Shown here: positions 26,784 through 40,971 of the stretch, piece after piece
How positions within the stretch are numbered: position 1 is the stretch's first letter
Layout: each line of letters starts with the position of its first letter
DNA from: Paramecium tetraurelia
Lineage: Eukaryota
Assembly: GCA_000165425.1 (NCBI GenBank)
Contig: CT868026.1
Location: 124,001-188,000 of the forward strand
Reading direction: 5' to 3'
Length of the DNA: 64,000 nucleotides
Program-made: the position numbers and the translations under genes
Notes under the pieces: generated by a model
The model's input: the letters and a program-made list of their open reading frames with translations, nothing else
Databases searched by the model: none
Told to the model about the DNA's origin: nothing

Positions 26784-29700
26784 TCATCTAGCGACAGAAA
26801 ATTCTAATTTAACATTCATGGCTGCCAATTCATTTACAAGATATCGGAGTACAAATGGTATGGCTACCTTAGAACATTTTGCTTGTTTGCATCTCACACA
26901 ATATGGATGAGAACTCTACACAGACTGAATATTTTCTAAGGATAATAATTGGACAAATTGATAAGTGGCTAACATATTACCACATTTATCACAGATGTAG
27001 GCTATGATTAATATAATGTAATACTTTCAGAGTAATCTGAACATTTGAGCAAACGATCATTAATACAATACGCAACTCCATGAGCAATGAGAGCATCTCT
27101 TTCCATCTCACCCAATCTGATACCTCCTCCCTTCTTTCTACCTTTGATTGGTTATTGAGTGAGTACATCGACAGGTCCCATGCTTCTGGCTTGAGATTTA
27201 TCTGATACCATATGTCTCAATCTTTAATAATAGACCACTCCGAAGTAGATGTCAACCTTTAGAGGAGTTCCGTAAATACCAGAATACAAGGTTTCATTTC
27301 CATGATAGTTGTAACCATGTTTAATTAATTGTTTACCAAAGTAATCCACAACATTATCATTCTCATAATTTTGGAATGGGTGAGTTTCAAACATCTCTCC
27401 TTATAACACATTTGCCTTAGCAGCCATACTCTCTATTAACATACCAATTGTCATTCTAGATGGGAAAGCGTGAGGATTAATTATGATATCTGGTACCATA
27501 CCTGATTCAGAGAATGGCATATCAATTTATGGCCACAATAAGGACATCACACCTTTCTAGCCATGACGAGATGAAAATTTGTCACCTATAATAGGATTAC
27601 GATTGATTCTATATTTGATCATGACTGACACATCATTTTCAGATTTATTCACTACAGCTACTTATTCGATTCTAGCAGTCTCGCTGTCTTTAGAATGATG
27701 AACTTTGACCTATTGCAATTGACTGTCATATAGAGCTAAGACAGCAGTTCCTTTTGTAACAACTTAAGATTATTCAGGTAATCCATAAGGTAACAAATTT
27801 ACTGGAATTTGTGATTTGATTTGGTTGTATAATTAAACAGGTATTTGACTGAGTAATTTGTATTTGACTTCTTTGTCGTCATTCAAGGAATACTCTGAAG
27901 ATTTATAAATTATGCCATGTCCGAATCCTCTCTCATAACTAGATTTGCATAAGATCATAGCATCTTCCATATCATATCCTGTATAACTGATGACTGCCAC
28001 AATAGCGTTGGTACCACTAGCATAATCGGCGAATTAGTAATCATCATAACCGAAGCATCTGACAACTGGTTTTTAAGGGAATAAAATTCTATACATTTTG
28101 TTATCAAATCTATAAGGGTAGTTATGACATGGAGATCCCATTGTTTATTTAGCCATCTGACATTGATACATGTTTCTAGGACTTTGATTATAATTCAAGA
28201 ATGGAACATTGGAAGCCAAAATACTTAAAATGTATGCAGGATCAATTTCCTAGTATTGAGTATCAGTACGAATATCAGCTTATGTGCAGGCTATACTCAT
28301 ATTAATCTATTCTAAAGGACTGATCCATTCAATTGTATTCAACTTCAAATTAATAACTGGCCTCATTAATCTAGCTACAGTAGTATTGATATAAATTCCA
28401 GGAAACAGAGGAGATTTATTCTCCTATCTAGGCAGACAAGCCACTTCTGTAGTTTCCTTGATTGTGCCATTGGATTTGTACACTCTAATAGTGTGTTCAA
28501 ATGTGGGTAATAATGAGGAATTTAAGTAACCAATTAATTTGCCATTCAATACTACAGGGAGATCATTCTTAGAGTAGATCAAACGTTGAGATTGCACTCC
28601 TAAAGGAAACAGCAATTCTTCAATATCTTGTTCATCTGGATGAGTTAAGGGCACACAACTCATAGTAATGTGATTGAGTAGACCACAAGGTCCTCCATCT
28701 GGTGTATGGACAGGACAGACGAATCCCCAAACATCTGGAAGTAATTTACGAACAGTTGTGGTTTTCATTTATGCAAAATATGATCCTCTATGAACAGATC
28801 TAAAATGAGAGAGAAATCTCATATTATTTAATTTATCAGCAATGATAGTAAATCCACTTGCTTCCATTAAATCCAATCCAGTTTATGATCTCAAATTACC
28901 AGTGGCTAAGAAATTTTCCAATTTTTCCCCAACAGTAGTTTATAAATCAAAGCATCTTTTAAAATAAGCCAAGTCCTTCAATTTTGATTATTCCTTGGTT
29001 GCATCTTTTAATATTTTCTCTCTGACTCCGACTAATAAATCTTCCAATTTTTCTCTCAAATATGCAGTGTAGAGATGACCAGACAGGAGAACTTCCTGAT
29101 TGACTAAGGAATCAAGATTGTCAGGATTGATTTCATCTATGAAAAGAGCATACAATTTTTCAATGCACAATAAGAGAATTGATGCTTTATCTTGATCATT
29201 GTCAAGATGTACACAAATGTGTTCTCTCAAGAATATGCGACCGACTTAGAGATCAGTGGTCTCTGGATTAAAGATGTTGAGTTCCACTCTTAGTAATCTA
29301 CCAATATATTCAAGTGCATCCTTTTGAGTGTTGATTCCTCTTGATTTAGCATCTGCAATCATAACTTCCACTCTATCAGAGATATCTGACTTGTCTGCTT
29401 ATGAACGCACTATCTATTAATAAATTTGATAATCATTCATATCTGTTAATGCTCTTAATAATATTATTACTGGCATTTGCAATTCCTTCTTCTTCAAGAT
29501 GATACGCAAGTACACATTACCATCCATCAAGTAATGTAGTGTGATAGTTCTTGCATATTGATCTGATCTCACACACTTCATCTAAACTGCATATGGAGAG
29601 AAGTTGAATCCCTTGTTCTTGTAACCAGGTCTCTTGAATGCAATTGGGTAGTTCCTTTTCTAAATGATCAACATTCTTATAATCTTCTCATTGCCATTGA

Positions 29701-30180
29701 TTATAAAGTAACCTCCGAATTCATTGCAATCTTCCTGTTATTACACCAATTCTTTCTTTTAGCCAAATCACAAATACCTTCTGCACTCAGCCCATTTAAA
29801 TGACACTTCTGGCTCTTCACCAATATTGGTATCTCTCCCAGAGACAAACGGACTGTCTCCTTTGGATTATCATCTATCTCTCTGCAAATAGTGGCTAACA
29901 TTGGAGCTGTGTAACTCTTCTTCATCTATCTACATTGAGTTGGCAGAACTCTATTATCTCCCAACATTCCTTATTATGTTGGCATTCCTATCTATAGTTC
30001 CTCAATCCAAATCTTCATATTCTTAAACGGCAATCGAATGTCTCGATTTCCAGGCACACAAACTTCTATAGGACTTAGATGTCGGCATATTTCAACCAAA
30101 CCATGAGTGTACAAGTAATTGAAACTCTCAATATGATGCTTTGCAGCCACTCTTAATTGATCCCCTTATTAAATTTCCAT
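26784..30180 (-). CDS. RPA2: RNA polymerase I second-largest subunit
   Basis: [93 protein letters not shown]; Pol I-type motifs; tiny introns. Confidence 0.95.
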
Positions 30181-30396
30181 AAATTAAAATTTATATTAAA
30201 TATAATTTCACATTCATAATTTTAGAAAACTATTATTGGAAATGAATTCAGCATAAGATCTTTGTATTCTTTAATAGATTATGTTAATCTCATTGATATA
30301 ATAACCACTAATAAAATGTGAGTGTAAGATAATCTATTAATAATATATCAACTCAATAATTGGAAAATAAATTAAATTATAGTATAATAATTATCA

Positions 30397-31547
30397 TCAA
30401 TGCGAAGGTAGAAACTTCTCCTCAATATATGCTGCTCCCACTCTGTTTGTGAACTCTCCAACTTTATCCAAACCCTAAGCCCAATCATAACCAGTCGCAT
30501 AAGCAAATATCTACCCGTCTTGTGAAACTTAACCTGCAATAGCTGGTCCATCCAATTTAACACCTAAGATCTTCTGCTTTTTACCAGTGTCCCAAAAGGC
30601 TAGAGTGCCATCAGATCCTAAAGTGCCAGCCCAATTGGATGATCGACAATTAAATTAAAAAGAATTGCACATATACATTCGAGATACTTTCTCTGTTCTG
30701 AATTATGATACCTTCACTTCCTCATCTACCTTATAGCATTTGAATTGGATTTTGCTTGCTAAGTCTCCTCTACTGTTAATTGACTTTACCAAAGCTCTCC
30801 CATCCACTGTCGCATATGCCAATTACGAAGCATTATCATTGACTGCCACACAAGAAATCTACCCTACTAAATAATTGTCCTCCATATTAAAGAAACTTCG
30901 TGATGCCACACTGCTCTAATTGCCTCTCAATGCACTCCAATGGAGCCATCTAAACTTATTATCAACATCTGCATATGCGAAAAATTGTTCATTTCCACTC
31001 TACTCTCCAGCTGTTGGTACGTGCTGTAAATCCAATGAGAATGCAGGCTAGGGCTTTCCTCCACCACTTGCCTATAGATTCCAAAATTTTAACTTTTTAT
31101 CCAAACCCAATGATATTATTAGTTTCATGTCCTCATTCCAAAATACTTACCTAGCAGGACAATCATCGTGAATTCCAACGATTGCCATACTCTGTGTTTT
31201 CACATCATATGCTCTGATTGTATTATCAGCCAATGCAGCGAATACCATTGACATGTCCTACTTCCAACTCACAGATAACACTCTAATTAATCATCTTAAC
31301 TATTTACGGCTCTTAACAATCAATGGCTGTCTTGAAGTCTACTTGTATGTTAGCCCTAAATCCGGGTTGCAGCTAAACCTAGTAGAACCGGATATACCCA
31401 TCCCAAGATGAAGTCACAAAAACGTCTTTGTTCCATCTGATTTCTGAAACTGTGTCCATCAAGTTATCATTAACGACTCTTTGTGACTAAATTCTCAGCT
31501 ATATATACCTAAACAATATTTTAAAATTGAGGTTGTGTGTTGTACAT
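30397..31547 (-). CDS. RAE1: WD40 mRNA export factor Rae1/Gle2
   Basis: TSSWDGYIRFY, KKLKFWNL, IQFKCY, GSDGTLAFWD and IFAYATGYDWAQG (Rae1 C-terminal signature). Confidence 0.85.
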
Positions 31548-32671
31548 TGCTTTTTTAAATTTAATTTTATAAAATAAATTAAATCACTAATAAATATATG
31601 TGTTTTTGCATATATATATTCAAAATGAACATGGAAAAGAATTTAAAGAATGTATTGATTTAAAACAACCAATTATATTATTTATTTTCGTTTCAAACAT
31701 AGGAAAATATTCTTTTTCATTTTAAATAAATTTTATCTAAGCTATTCAAATAAATTAATAGAATTTGTTTCATCTCAAGTATTGAGTATAAAATTATAAA
31801 AACAAGAAATATTAGTCTTCAAATAAGAGATAAAATATTATTTTAATTTTGTTAAGAAAGTGATGTTTTCATAAATCAAAATAACTTCTAAAAATTAAAA
31901 CTCAAAATTCCTCATTCTAGATGATTCAACACATTTTTACAATACTATTTTTTGTTTTACTAAGAAAAAGTTTCTATTTATTAATTATTTTACATTTTGT
32001 ATTCTACAATAGTTGTTCTGGTTCAAAAAATTTAATCATTCATAGTATTCTATCAACTTTGATACATTTTCATTTTATTAATAATAACCTGAGTCTAATG
32101 ACCCTTTGGCAGCATTATCTTCTCTATATTATTTGTATATTAGGTATAATTTAATTATTGAATTTCTGTTTGATTTTCTAATTCCAGTTATGCTTTTTGA
32201 GTTCATTCTTTCAGATTTGAAAAATTTCATTGTGATAGAATTAAAATACCATAATAAACTTTCCTAAGCAGTTACTTCTTGAATTAAAATATATTTTCAT
32301 ATAGTATTTATTAATTCTAAATTACAAATTTTATTAAAGTAGAACTTATGATTATTGAGTATCCAATAAAATTCAGACAATCATTAGCCCTCACATTAAC
32401 CCGAGCCTAATTATGCTAATAAATTCAACTAAGAGACCATAAATGTTTTGGTGAGTGTTTAAATTACGGTACCATCAATACTTTAGAGATGAAAACTATT
32501 TCAAGAAAAAGACCTGAATTACACTCTTCATGATGATAATCCCAAGAGTAAGTTGAAAAATATAATTTAATAATTAAGCATAAATAACAAGGATTTAATA
32601 ATATAATAAATGACAAAAATTATCAATTAAAATTTCGATTTTTAAATAATAAAATTATTTTTAATAGAATA

Positions 32672-33962
32672 ATGAAATAAATTCCCTGTTTGAAACATGA
32701 AGGCTCATATTTGTTGTTTATAAAATCAGATATATAAAAATCTGAGTATGTTTGTGAGGAATGTTGTATGGATATGGAAAAATAAAACATAAAAGTTGAA
32801 TTATCTAAATTAATTCATATCAAGAATGTATATTTCTAAATAAATTATTAAAGGCATTAAAATCACCAGAATTTTTGCTTTCAAAATTAAATTCATCAGC
32901 TTATCTGTCAGGCTTTTTCGCAGAATTAGATAGATATAATGAAAAAACCATGACTAATATTCTTAACGGTTTTAAAGTCAAAGTTTTAAACATATAAAGT
33001 GCTCTTTAAGAAGTTTATAAGGAATTGGAATCGCATACAAAATGCTTTCTTGAAATGAAATACAAAATTAGGGAAGAATTAAAAAAAGTAATTATTTACC
33101 TAAATAGATTATCAATTTTGATTAATTTATATAATTTACAGTAAATCTTGAGTAATTAGGAGATTCTATCAATCCAAAAGCTATAGAATAAAATGAAAAG
33201 ATTCTGCATTAGTATATCCAAGAGCTTACAAAAAATGAGTGTCGAGAACTTAATAAAACTTTAGTTGATATGTTAGGTAAAATATTACGACAACCAAAAG
33301 ATCTGAAAGATGAATAATATCCTTAATATCTAAAATTTGAAGAAGAATTTAAAACTTTTAACACAAGCCAAATAGAATTTGCAAAATAAATTAATTTAGG
33401 AAATTTTAATTCAAATTTTGGTGTATTGTCTGATGGAAAATTGTTATCGTAACATTAAATACAAAAGATAATGAATATTATTGAAACTAAATTGAAAAAA
33501 AAAATAATAGGATCCTTTCCTATATATAGAAGCATTCGAGATGGATTAAATCAAAAATATTTTTGGAATAAAGTGAACAATTAATCAAATTTATTAATGA
33601 TATTTAAATCCAAAAGTGGATACATTTTTGGGGGGTTTTCTCCGTGTTAATGGCAATAAAATCTAAATAATTATGTTCAGGATAATACAATGTCATCATT
33701 CATATTTTCATAGACCCACGATTAAATATATTATTTAAAGGATGCTAATAAAGCATAGGCTATCTATTGTCATTAATCAAATGGACCTATTTTCGGATCT
33801 AATGATATGTAGTTGGGTGCGGATTTTCAAAGTGGTTAATCTAATTTAGGGACTTCATATTAATGTGATTAATATTAGACTGCTGCCAAGAACACTCAGT
33901 TATTTGGTTAGACAACCCCAAATCTTGCAGAATGTGAGATTTATCAAATAATTCTATCTTGA
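32672..33962 (+). CDS. TLDc-domain protein with N-terminal Cys/His motif and coiled coil
   Basis: CLKH...VCEEC N-terminus; IYRSIRDG...FKSKSGYIFGGFSPCQW...SSFIFS...AIYC..GPIFG; two introns. Confidence 0.85.
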
Positions 33963-36082
33963 ATTTTTACAATAATTTTACACAAAATTCTTTGAATCCA
34001 TTTATTATCTTAGTTGCATGATTAAAATTGTACTTAGCTTTTGAATTGTTTATCAATAGTTCATTTTTTCAGATGAATTCTATTTAGAATTTACCAAATT
34101 AAAAATCAAAAAAAAAAGTAATTTTATTATAAATGAAAGAACCAATATCATGTAAGAAACTCAATAGTATAAACATGATAATCTAGAGTATGGCTTTTCA
34201 AATAACGCTCAAAAAGAAATTAATAACTATAAATTAAATTAAAGACATGTTTTCAAAATAATATCATAATTTCTTAATGATGTTATATATTTTCTTTATT
34301 CTTAAAATATGTTATGAGAATTACCCAATAATTTATCAAACTTTATTAAATTTATTCAATTACTTGTAGAATATTTTGTGTGATCAATATTTCATTTATC
34401 AAATTAATAAATAAATACACCAAATAAATGAGTTTTCTTAAAAAGATCTGATAATATTTTAATATCTTAACGATTTTGAAACATGCTCCATGATTATACC
34501 TATAAATACATTGCTTAAACTCTTTGATTGGAAAAATAGTATAAATTTAATCATGATTTTAAGACTATTAAAATGAGAATTTCGAATCAGCTTAGGTATA
34601 CACTCTAAATATATATATTTTAATTTAATTCATCTGAAACACATTTTTGAAAACATTACTTTTATATTTCATTAATAAATAAAGTTAAATTAATTTTTTA
34701 TGTCTTCCAGTTTTTTTGTTTCTGGGAAGCAATTGTTCAAATTTAATTTTTAAGCAATTTAAATAGATAATTTCTTCAATTTTGCTATCAACCTATCTTG
34801 ATTATTATATTGAGATTTAAATATTAATTATTGTAAATGGAATATGTTTTGTATGAATTCTTTCACCACCAACTTTGTATAACAGTCTCTCACTTATTAC
34901 TTTTAATCTCTGTGTAAAATTGGGCATTCTTTATTCAAATTCTCTACATCTACAGTCAAACTGATTCACAGGCCTACAGTCCTTGCAGGAATTATTTGCA
35001 AACATAAGTGAATACTAATTTAGATTGATAATTAATTGGATAAACCTAAGGCTTTTTTTTTCTTAATATTTTTCCCAAGCGAGATTTGCTTTACTATTCT
35101 ATTAAGATAAGGTATGAGTTCTTCTAATGATTTATTATTTTTCTTAATTTAATTTTAAAGACTTTGAAGTATAAATCGTTCAATTATTATGTATTTTGTG
35201 ATCCTTTTAAGAGGATTTTATATTCCAAAAAAATTGAATGATTAATGTGTTGTACACACTAATCATTTAACACATTCTTTTGAAGATCAAAGCGAGGAAG
35301 ATTTTATGAGTTCTAAAGTCTAAGCTAATTCATACAAGAAATAGCTTGAAATTTGAAAAGATTTAAAAAAACAGAAAATAGATTGAATTATTAAAAGTAA
35401 AAGTTGAATAATTGATAAAAAACTATTCCAAGAAGAAAATTGAAATTATAGATGTATTCTTTAAAATACGAATCACATTTAATGACAATGTGAATCCATA
35501 AGGCGATAGAGGACAGAAGATCTTGTTGGAATATACAATTCTTATTTTCCTCCCTAAAATCCATGGCGAATAATTATTGAGTTTAAAATTGTTAGTTTTT
35601 TTGTTTCAATTTTTACACATTTTATAAATAATTTTTAAGTTGAGAATTACTATACCTATTTTACAAGATTATTAATTTTCAATCAGTGTAGAGTACATAT
35701 TAATTTTGTGGTACATTTAAACTTCTAAAGTTTATTTAGAAGCCAAAAACTCAATTGTGATAATCAGTAGTTATCTTATTATTTAATTACAACATAGAAA
35801 ATTTGTAACTAAACAGCAGGTTATTGTTTGTAAAGCAAGATGAGGTGAAAGTTTACTTCAGAAAAATGGTATTTTAAAAATATATGCAATTGGAATAATT
35901 TTATAAAAAGGAGGAGAGATTCAATTTATAGGTACTTATTCTTACATATTGCTTTTGTTATTTTTTTCACACATAGAAAGATCAACGTAAGAAGTTAAAA
36001 AAATTAACAAAGTAGAAAATGAAACTTAATTTCTAATTTCAAATTAATCATAAAAATTAAAAAAATATTTATTCACACTTTT

Positions 36083-39000
36083 TCAATCTATAAATTTCAG
36101 CTATTAATAAATGTTTTTTTTCAATATTGTTGCAAATGGTACCTATATTAGATAATGTCTAATTATTTAGTTCTACTTCTTTGAATATTTACCATAAAGC
36201 AACAGTGCAATCAATGTTATAAAGAAATAAAATACTCCCAAAATTAATGCGAATAAAAACATTGAATTCCCAGATTGCTATACATTATTAGTCATACGTT
36301 CTGTCAAATAAATTATGCTATTCGATATCCTCTAATTAATGATATCAAAACCCCAAATATTATTCAAAAAATAATCAGAAGAAGTCATTATCTTTTCAAT
36401 CTTATCCATTATAACGTCAGGATCATTCTCATTATACAATTAACTATTTTAATAAAACACTTGTCCCTGTTGTAAAAGCAATTGATGCTCACTCTTATTA
36501 TAATAAGTCAGTAATTCAGATTGAAAATCTAGATCTCTATTTTCTTAGTAACATATTGACTCATCGACTTAACACAAATATCCCTAAAAAAATAGTTCTA
36601 AGTTTTCATCGCTCATTTATAGTATATTTTATATATCGGTCTAATTGGATGCCAATAAAATGGTGTTAAATTCATTAGTGTTCAAATGATCTAAGTCCTT
36701 GCTTAAATTATCAATTTGAGATTGATTCTGCTCATATATTTGTTAGAGTAATTGAGAGTCTTTTTAATACTTATACATTTGAAACATCATTTGATATTGG
36801 CAGTTACTGTAGGAGTTCAGATAATCATAATAAAACTACTATAGAATTTGACTAAAGAAGGAGTATTAATCAAGGTTTTATGATGAATTGACTATCTGAA
36901 CATGGAATGATATGATATACACAAATGTGAATACTGTAATTCCAATAATTATTAGTAGACTTAATAAATTTGATAATTGGTGAGATATCGATATTTTAAA
37001 TTTCACATTGTCAAAGTTATCTATTTTCTCCGACTTAATTGTTTTCCCTCTGTCTGATTGTTTTTATTAATAACCCAGATCATCATCATCCTTCAATGAT
37101 TTCTAATTAATGGAATGAAGCAAAACAGAGATGTTTTTGGATAACCAAATATTTTCTAAGTTTCTTAATGTATTCTAAATTACACTAAATTTCTCTGACT
37201 CTAACAAAGCTTCTTTGTAATCTGTTCTTGTGAATAGCTTTAATATTAATTTCCGTTAACGAAAGAGCTTGTTAATTACCAATAATTGAAGCACAAAGAT
37301 TATAAATAGTAAGACATAGAGACTGATAATCACTTGATTTGATGTGTTGGTTGACGAATTTAATTAATTATCAAACTCTATAAAGCAGTTGATGATATTT
37401 TCATTTAAGTATTGAATGTGTTTAGGATAATTAATAATAATAGTACTTAAATCTTTGATATTCCTCCTGATATCATTATTTTAAATGCTTGTTAATATGA
37501 TTTATCTTAAAATCAAAACATTTTACAGACTTTGGACATTCCTACTAGCAGTCATCTCATTTACATAAACGAGTTGTAGGTCTTCCTTAGTTTCCATTTA
37601 GACATTCCTTTCCTAAATAACAGTAGTAATTTAATTGGTCAAATAGGATATCAATTACTATTAAAAATTTAAATTATCTTCTGAGGAGATGACAATGTTC
37701 TATTAATCAAATTGTAATGCGACTTTACTTAATGGGATGGTTGTAGATATTTGTTCATTATTAAGGGCGTTGACAATACTGCCCAAAGATGAAATTTCTC
37801 GTAAAACATGAGTTTGTGTTGAAATGCAATAATTTCCAATTGAAAATTTACTCAAAATGATGAAACTTATGATAATGAAGGTAGCCAAAAAGAAAATGGC
37901 AAAGATCAGATTGATTAAAATAAATAATAAGGTGATGTTTTTATTTTTATTGTTCAATAATTGATTATGAAATTAATTTGATTGTTATAGTAGAGACTAA
38001 TTACTTGATTTGGATCTTTATGATCCTAATTCGAGTATGGCATTTTCTATACTTTGACTAGTGATCGAACTACCATTTGGAGTGTTTAAGATATTTTAAG
38101 GTTAATTGTGTAATTTTGAATCCTTTTAATCTTTAAAATCATTTTTATTATCTTGTTCCTCCAGAAATTACAACTTCAAAAAAAAGAAGTCTTTGCTGGT
38201 CAAAACATTGCCCTTCTAATAATGTATGATTTTGGAGAATAACTGATAGCTAATTTAATATTGTTTCAGATCTCCAAAAGGATTAGCCTTTTGTAAATCA
38301 TCCTGGATATCCTCCAATTAGGACAGCCTGTTCTTGAGACTGCAATTCTGATTAATCTAGTAGATTTTCCTTAGATCTCTAGGCACATAGAATGATTCCT
38401 ATTGTTTCTGCATAATGATATCATTGTCCACCAATTCGCTGACTTATCTTTCAATCATAAAATGATATTGAGCTATCAATGAATCGATTACTGAGGGTAT
38501 GATGTAACATAATTCCAATTTGTTTAAATCCAAACTTTGTTGGTTGAATACCTTAGTGTAAACAACTTCATTCACTCCTAACACATTAAGATTTATGTCA
38601 AAATATATGTAGCCAATATTACTTTTCTCTGTGCTGCCTGCTCTCTAATTGCTTTCGATCTTTTTGAAAAAGGCCATCAAGTAGAACTCAAAATCAGAGG
38701 AAAATTTGGGAAAGAAATATCCCAAAGTGAATTACAGAGGTTGGATCAATCCTTCGCCGTAAATAGAAAATATCAAGCTAGTCTATTCCATCTTGTAACT
38801 ATAGCCCTTACGAATAAAGTTCTCAATGATTCCATCGTGAATATCAGCTATGAATGGAGGCATCAACTGATTGAGATGAGATATCTGGAAGTTCACATTA
38901 AAGTATTATTCAAGTAAGGCTTAATTTGGTTTCCACAATTCCCCTCTTCTCTTCAGTGTAATATTTGAGACCAGTCCAATGCTCTGTTAATTCTGAAAGT

Positions 39001-40905
39001 GGAAATTCAAAAAGGATTCCAATTCCTATTATTCAAGAAACAAAATCTGTTAGATTTGATGTTGGATCTCATAGATTTCTAAAATATTATTGGTGGAGCA
39101 AATCTTGAATAATAATTCGAGATTTAATATGCTAACACAATCAAATACCAATTATTTTTTCTTAACATTTTTGCTTCTGAGCATTTTCACAAGAGTGCAG
39201 ACTGTATGTATTTAATTCTACATCTTATTTAATTACTCTAACAATTATTGGAATGTCTAGATCTTATTGTTGTAATAGTCTTCCCAGAATTGTTGTTTGA
39301 TCAATGCCAAGGATCTGATTTCCTATTGTAGAAGAGTCCCTATATTTTCGATGATTGAATGACCCTTCAATAACTGGAGGATTTATTCAGAATGATGAAC
39401 GTTTTGATTTTGAAATTGAGCTCTGTTTCGTTTCTATAAGATGAATTGGATGTTGAGAAAATAAAAGGATGAAGATTGCACTTAACGACCTTTGATTTGC
39501 AAATTCTAAGATTGTTAATTGTTCATTATCTATTGCAGAATAGTGTAGGCATTGATGGGATTATTTTTGTACTTTGCTAAAAAGGTGACATATTTCAAGG
39601 CCAAATGCTCATAGAATTCATAATCGCGATTCAAGAGGGCAAGTTGTAAACATTTCTCGAAAACATATGTTGTCCACAAATTTAATTGTTTGTAATCAAC
39701 TGAATTATTTTGAAAGAAGTTTTATACATTCAACATGCATGAACATTAATTGTCAGTGCATAATTGTATGTGATGATTAAGGATTTAAATAAACAATATT
39801 TTTGACTCGATGCTTGTGTCACTTTCTTCAGCAGTCCTGTAGATCTCTTCCAAGTATTTGTCAGCCCTGTTGTTGTAAATGGCCAATTGGAAAGTATTGC
39901 ATATCTTAATTTAATCTCGCTTTTGAAATTGGTTAGACAATGTAATCAACAACTTAATATATTATCATTAGATCTTACAGGTGCAATCAAAAGAAACGTA
40001 TAGAACATGAAGTAGTCTTCCAGTCCAGGACTAAAGATCCAAACTGATGTGAGAATTAGGAAGTACTGATGAGTGAAGGTGGCAGAACTGTAAAAGTTGG
40101 CTTCGAAGGAATATCCAAACGGTTAATTCACGAGGATATCATAAATTAAGGACATCCCCAATAATTGTTGAAAAGCATGTTTTGCAAAATCTATTCCTGG
40201 AAAGTTGATATAATAAAGTATTATCACTAACTGATGCAGCATTATCCTGAATACATTGGTGTAACTAAAAGATCTCGAAAATGTTTTTTCATAAAATTGG
40301 TAATTTCTAAAGAAATATGATATCGAAAATCCTGAAAGTGACACAAAAAGAGTTCCCAATACTCCGAAGACATAAAATAATTTATTTTTCTCTGATGTGC
40401 AATTAGGTGAGAATTGATTATCCTTTATGAAGGCCGTCTTACCGCAAACCATGACTCCAACGCTTATTTCCTAAAAGGGCGTAACAAATATCCATTGATA
40501 ATTAATGAAAAACAGGTTCAATACTTTCTTAATGTAATTGGGCTTTGCAATGTCTGAATCCAGGGACATCTTAATCAATGTCAAATAAACTATGACATGC
40601 AAACAAAATATGAAATAAAAGAAGAAAGATGTCAAGATGTCGTTCCCAATTTGCAGCAGTAGGAAAGTCAAGGGTGACAATTGAGTGTAATTGGAGAGAT
40701 AGATATTTTCAGACAAATTCAAATGTTTACTTTCGAATTGACTAAAAACATATCCCTCCAATTATAAAAAATATATCACTATTTTACAACAATTAAAAAA
40801 AGGACTCTTTGCTAAATCAAATCCGTCCTCGGATATATAAAGGAGAGCTTGGATTGTTCTCTTTTTTACTTTCATCATAGTCTTCCTAATTTTACTCATC
40901 TCCAT
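36083..40905 (-). CDS. Large multipass membrane protein with PAS-like domain (ciliate-expanded type)
   Basis: Long code-6 frame; N-terminal TM cluster, HHIQLCTDNQCSC, PAS-like HLNQLMPPFIADIHDGIIENFIRKG, C-terminal TM hairpins ending VPFATILKKNIYQQLKFID-TGA. Confidence 0.8.
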
Positions 40906-40971
40906 TCTTATTTATTTAATTATAATTTAAGTGGTTTTTCATTAGAAATAGCTAAATTCCAGCTATAATGC

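Noticed and set aside
32500..32560. Possible C/D-box snoRNA (ATGATGA near 32530)
   Set aside because: No properly placed downstream CTGA box or terminal stem; the motif is expected by chance in AT-rich DNA.
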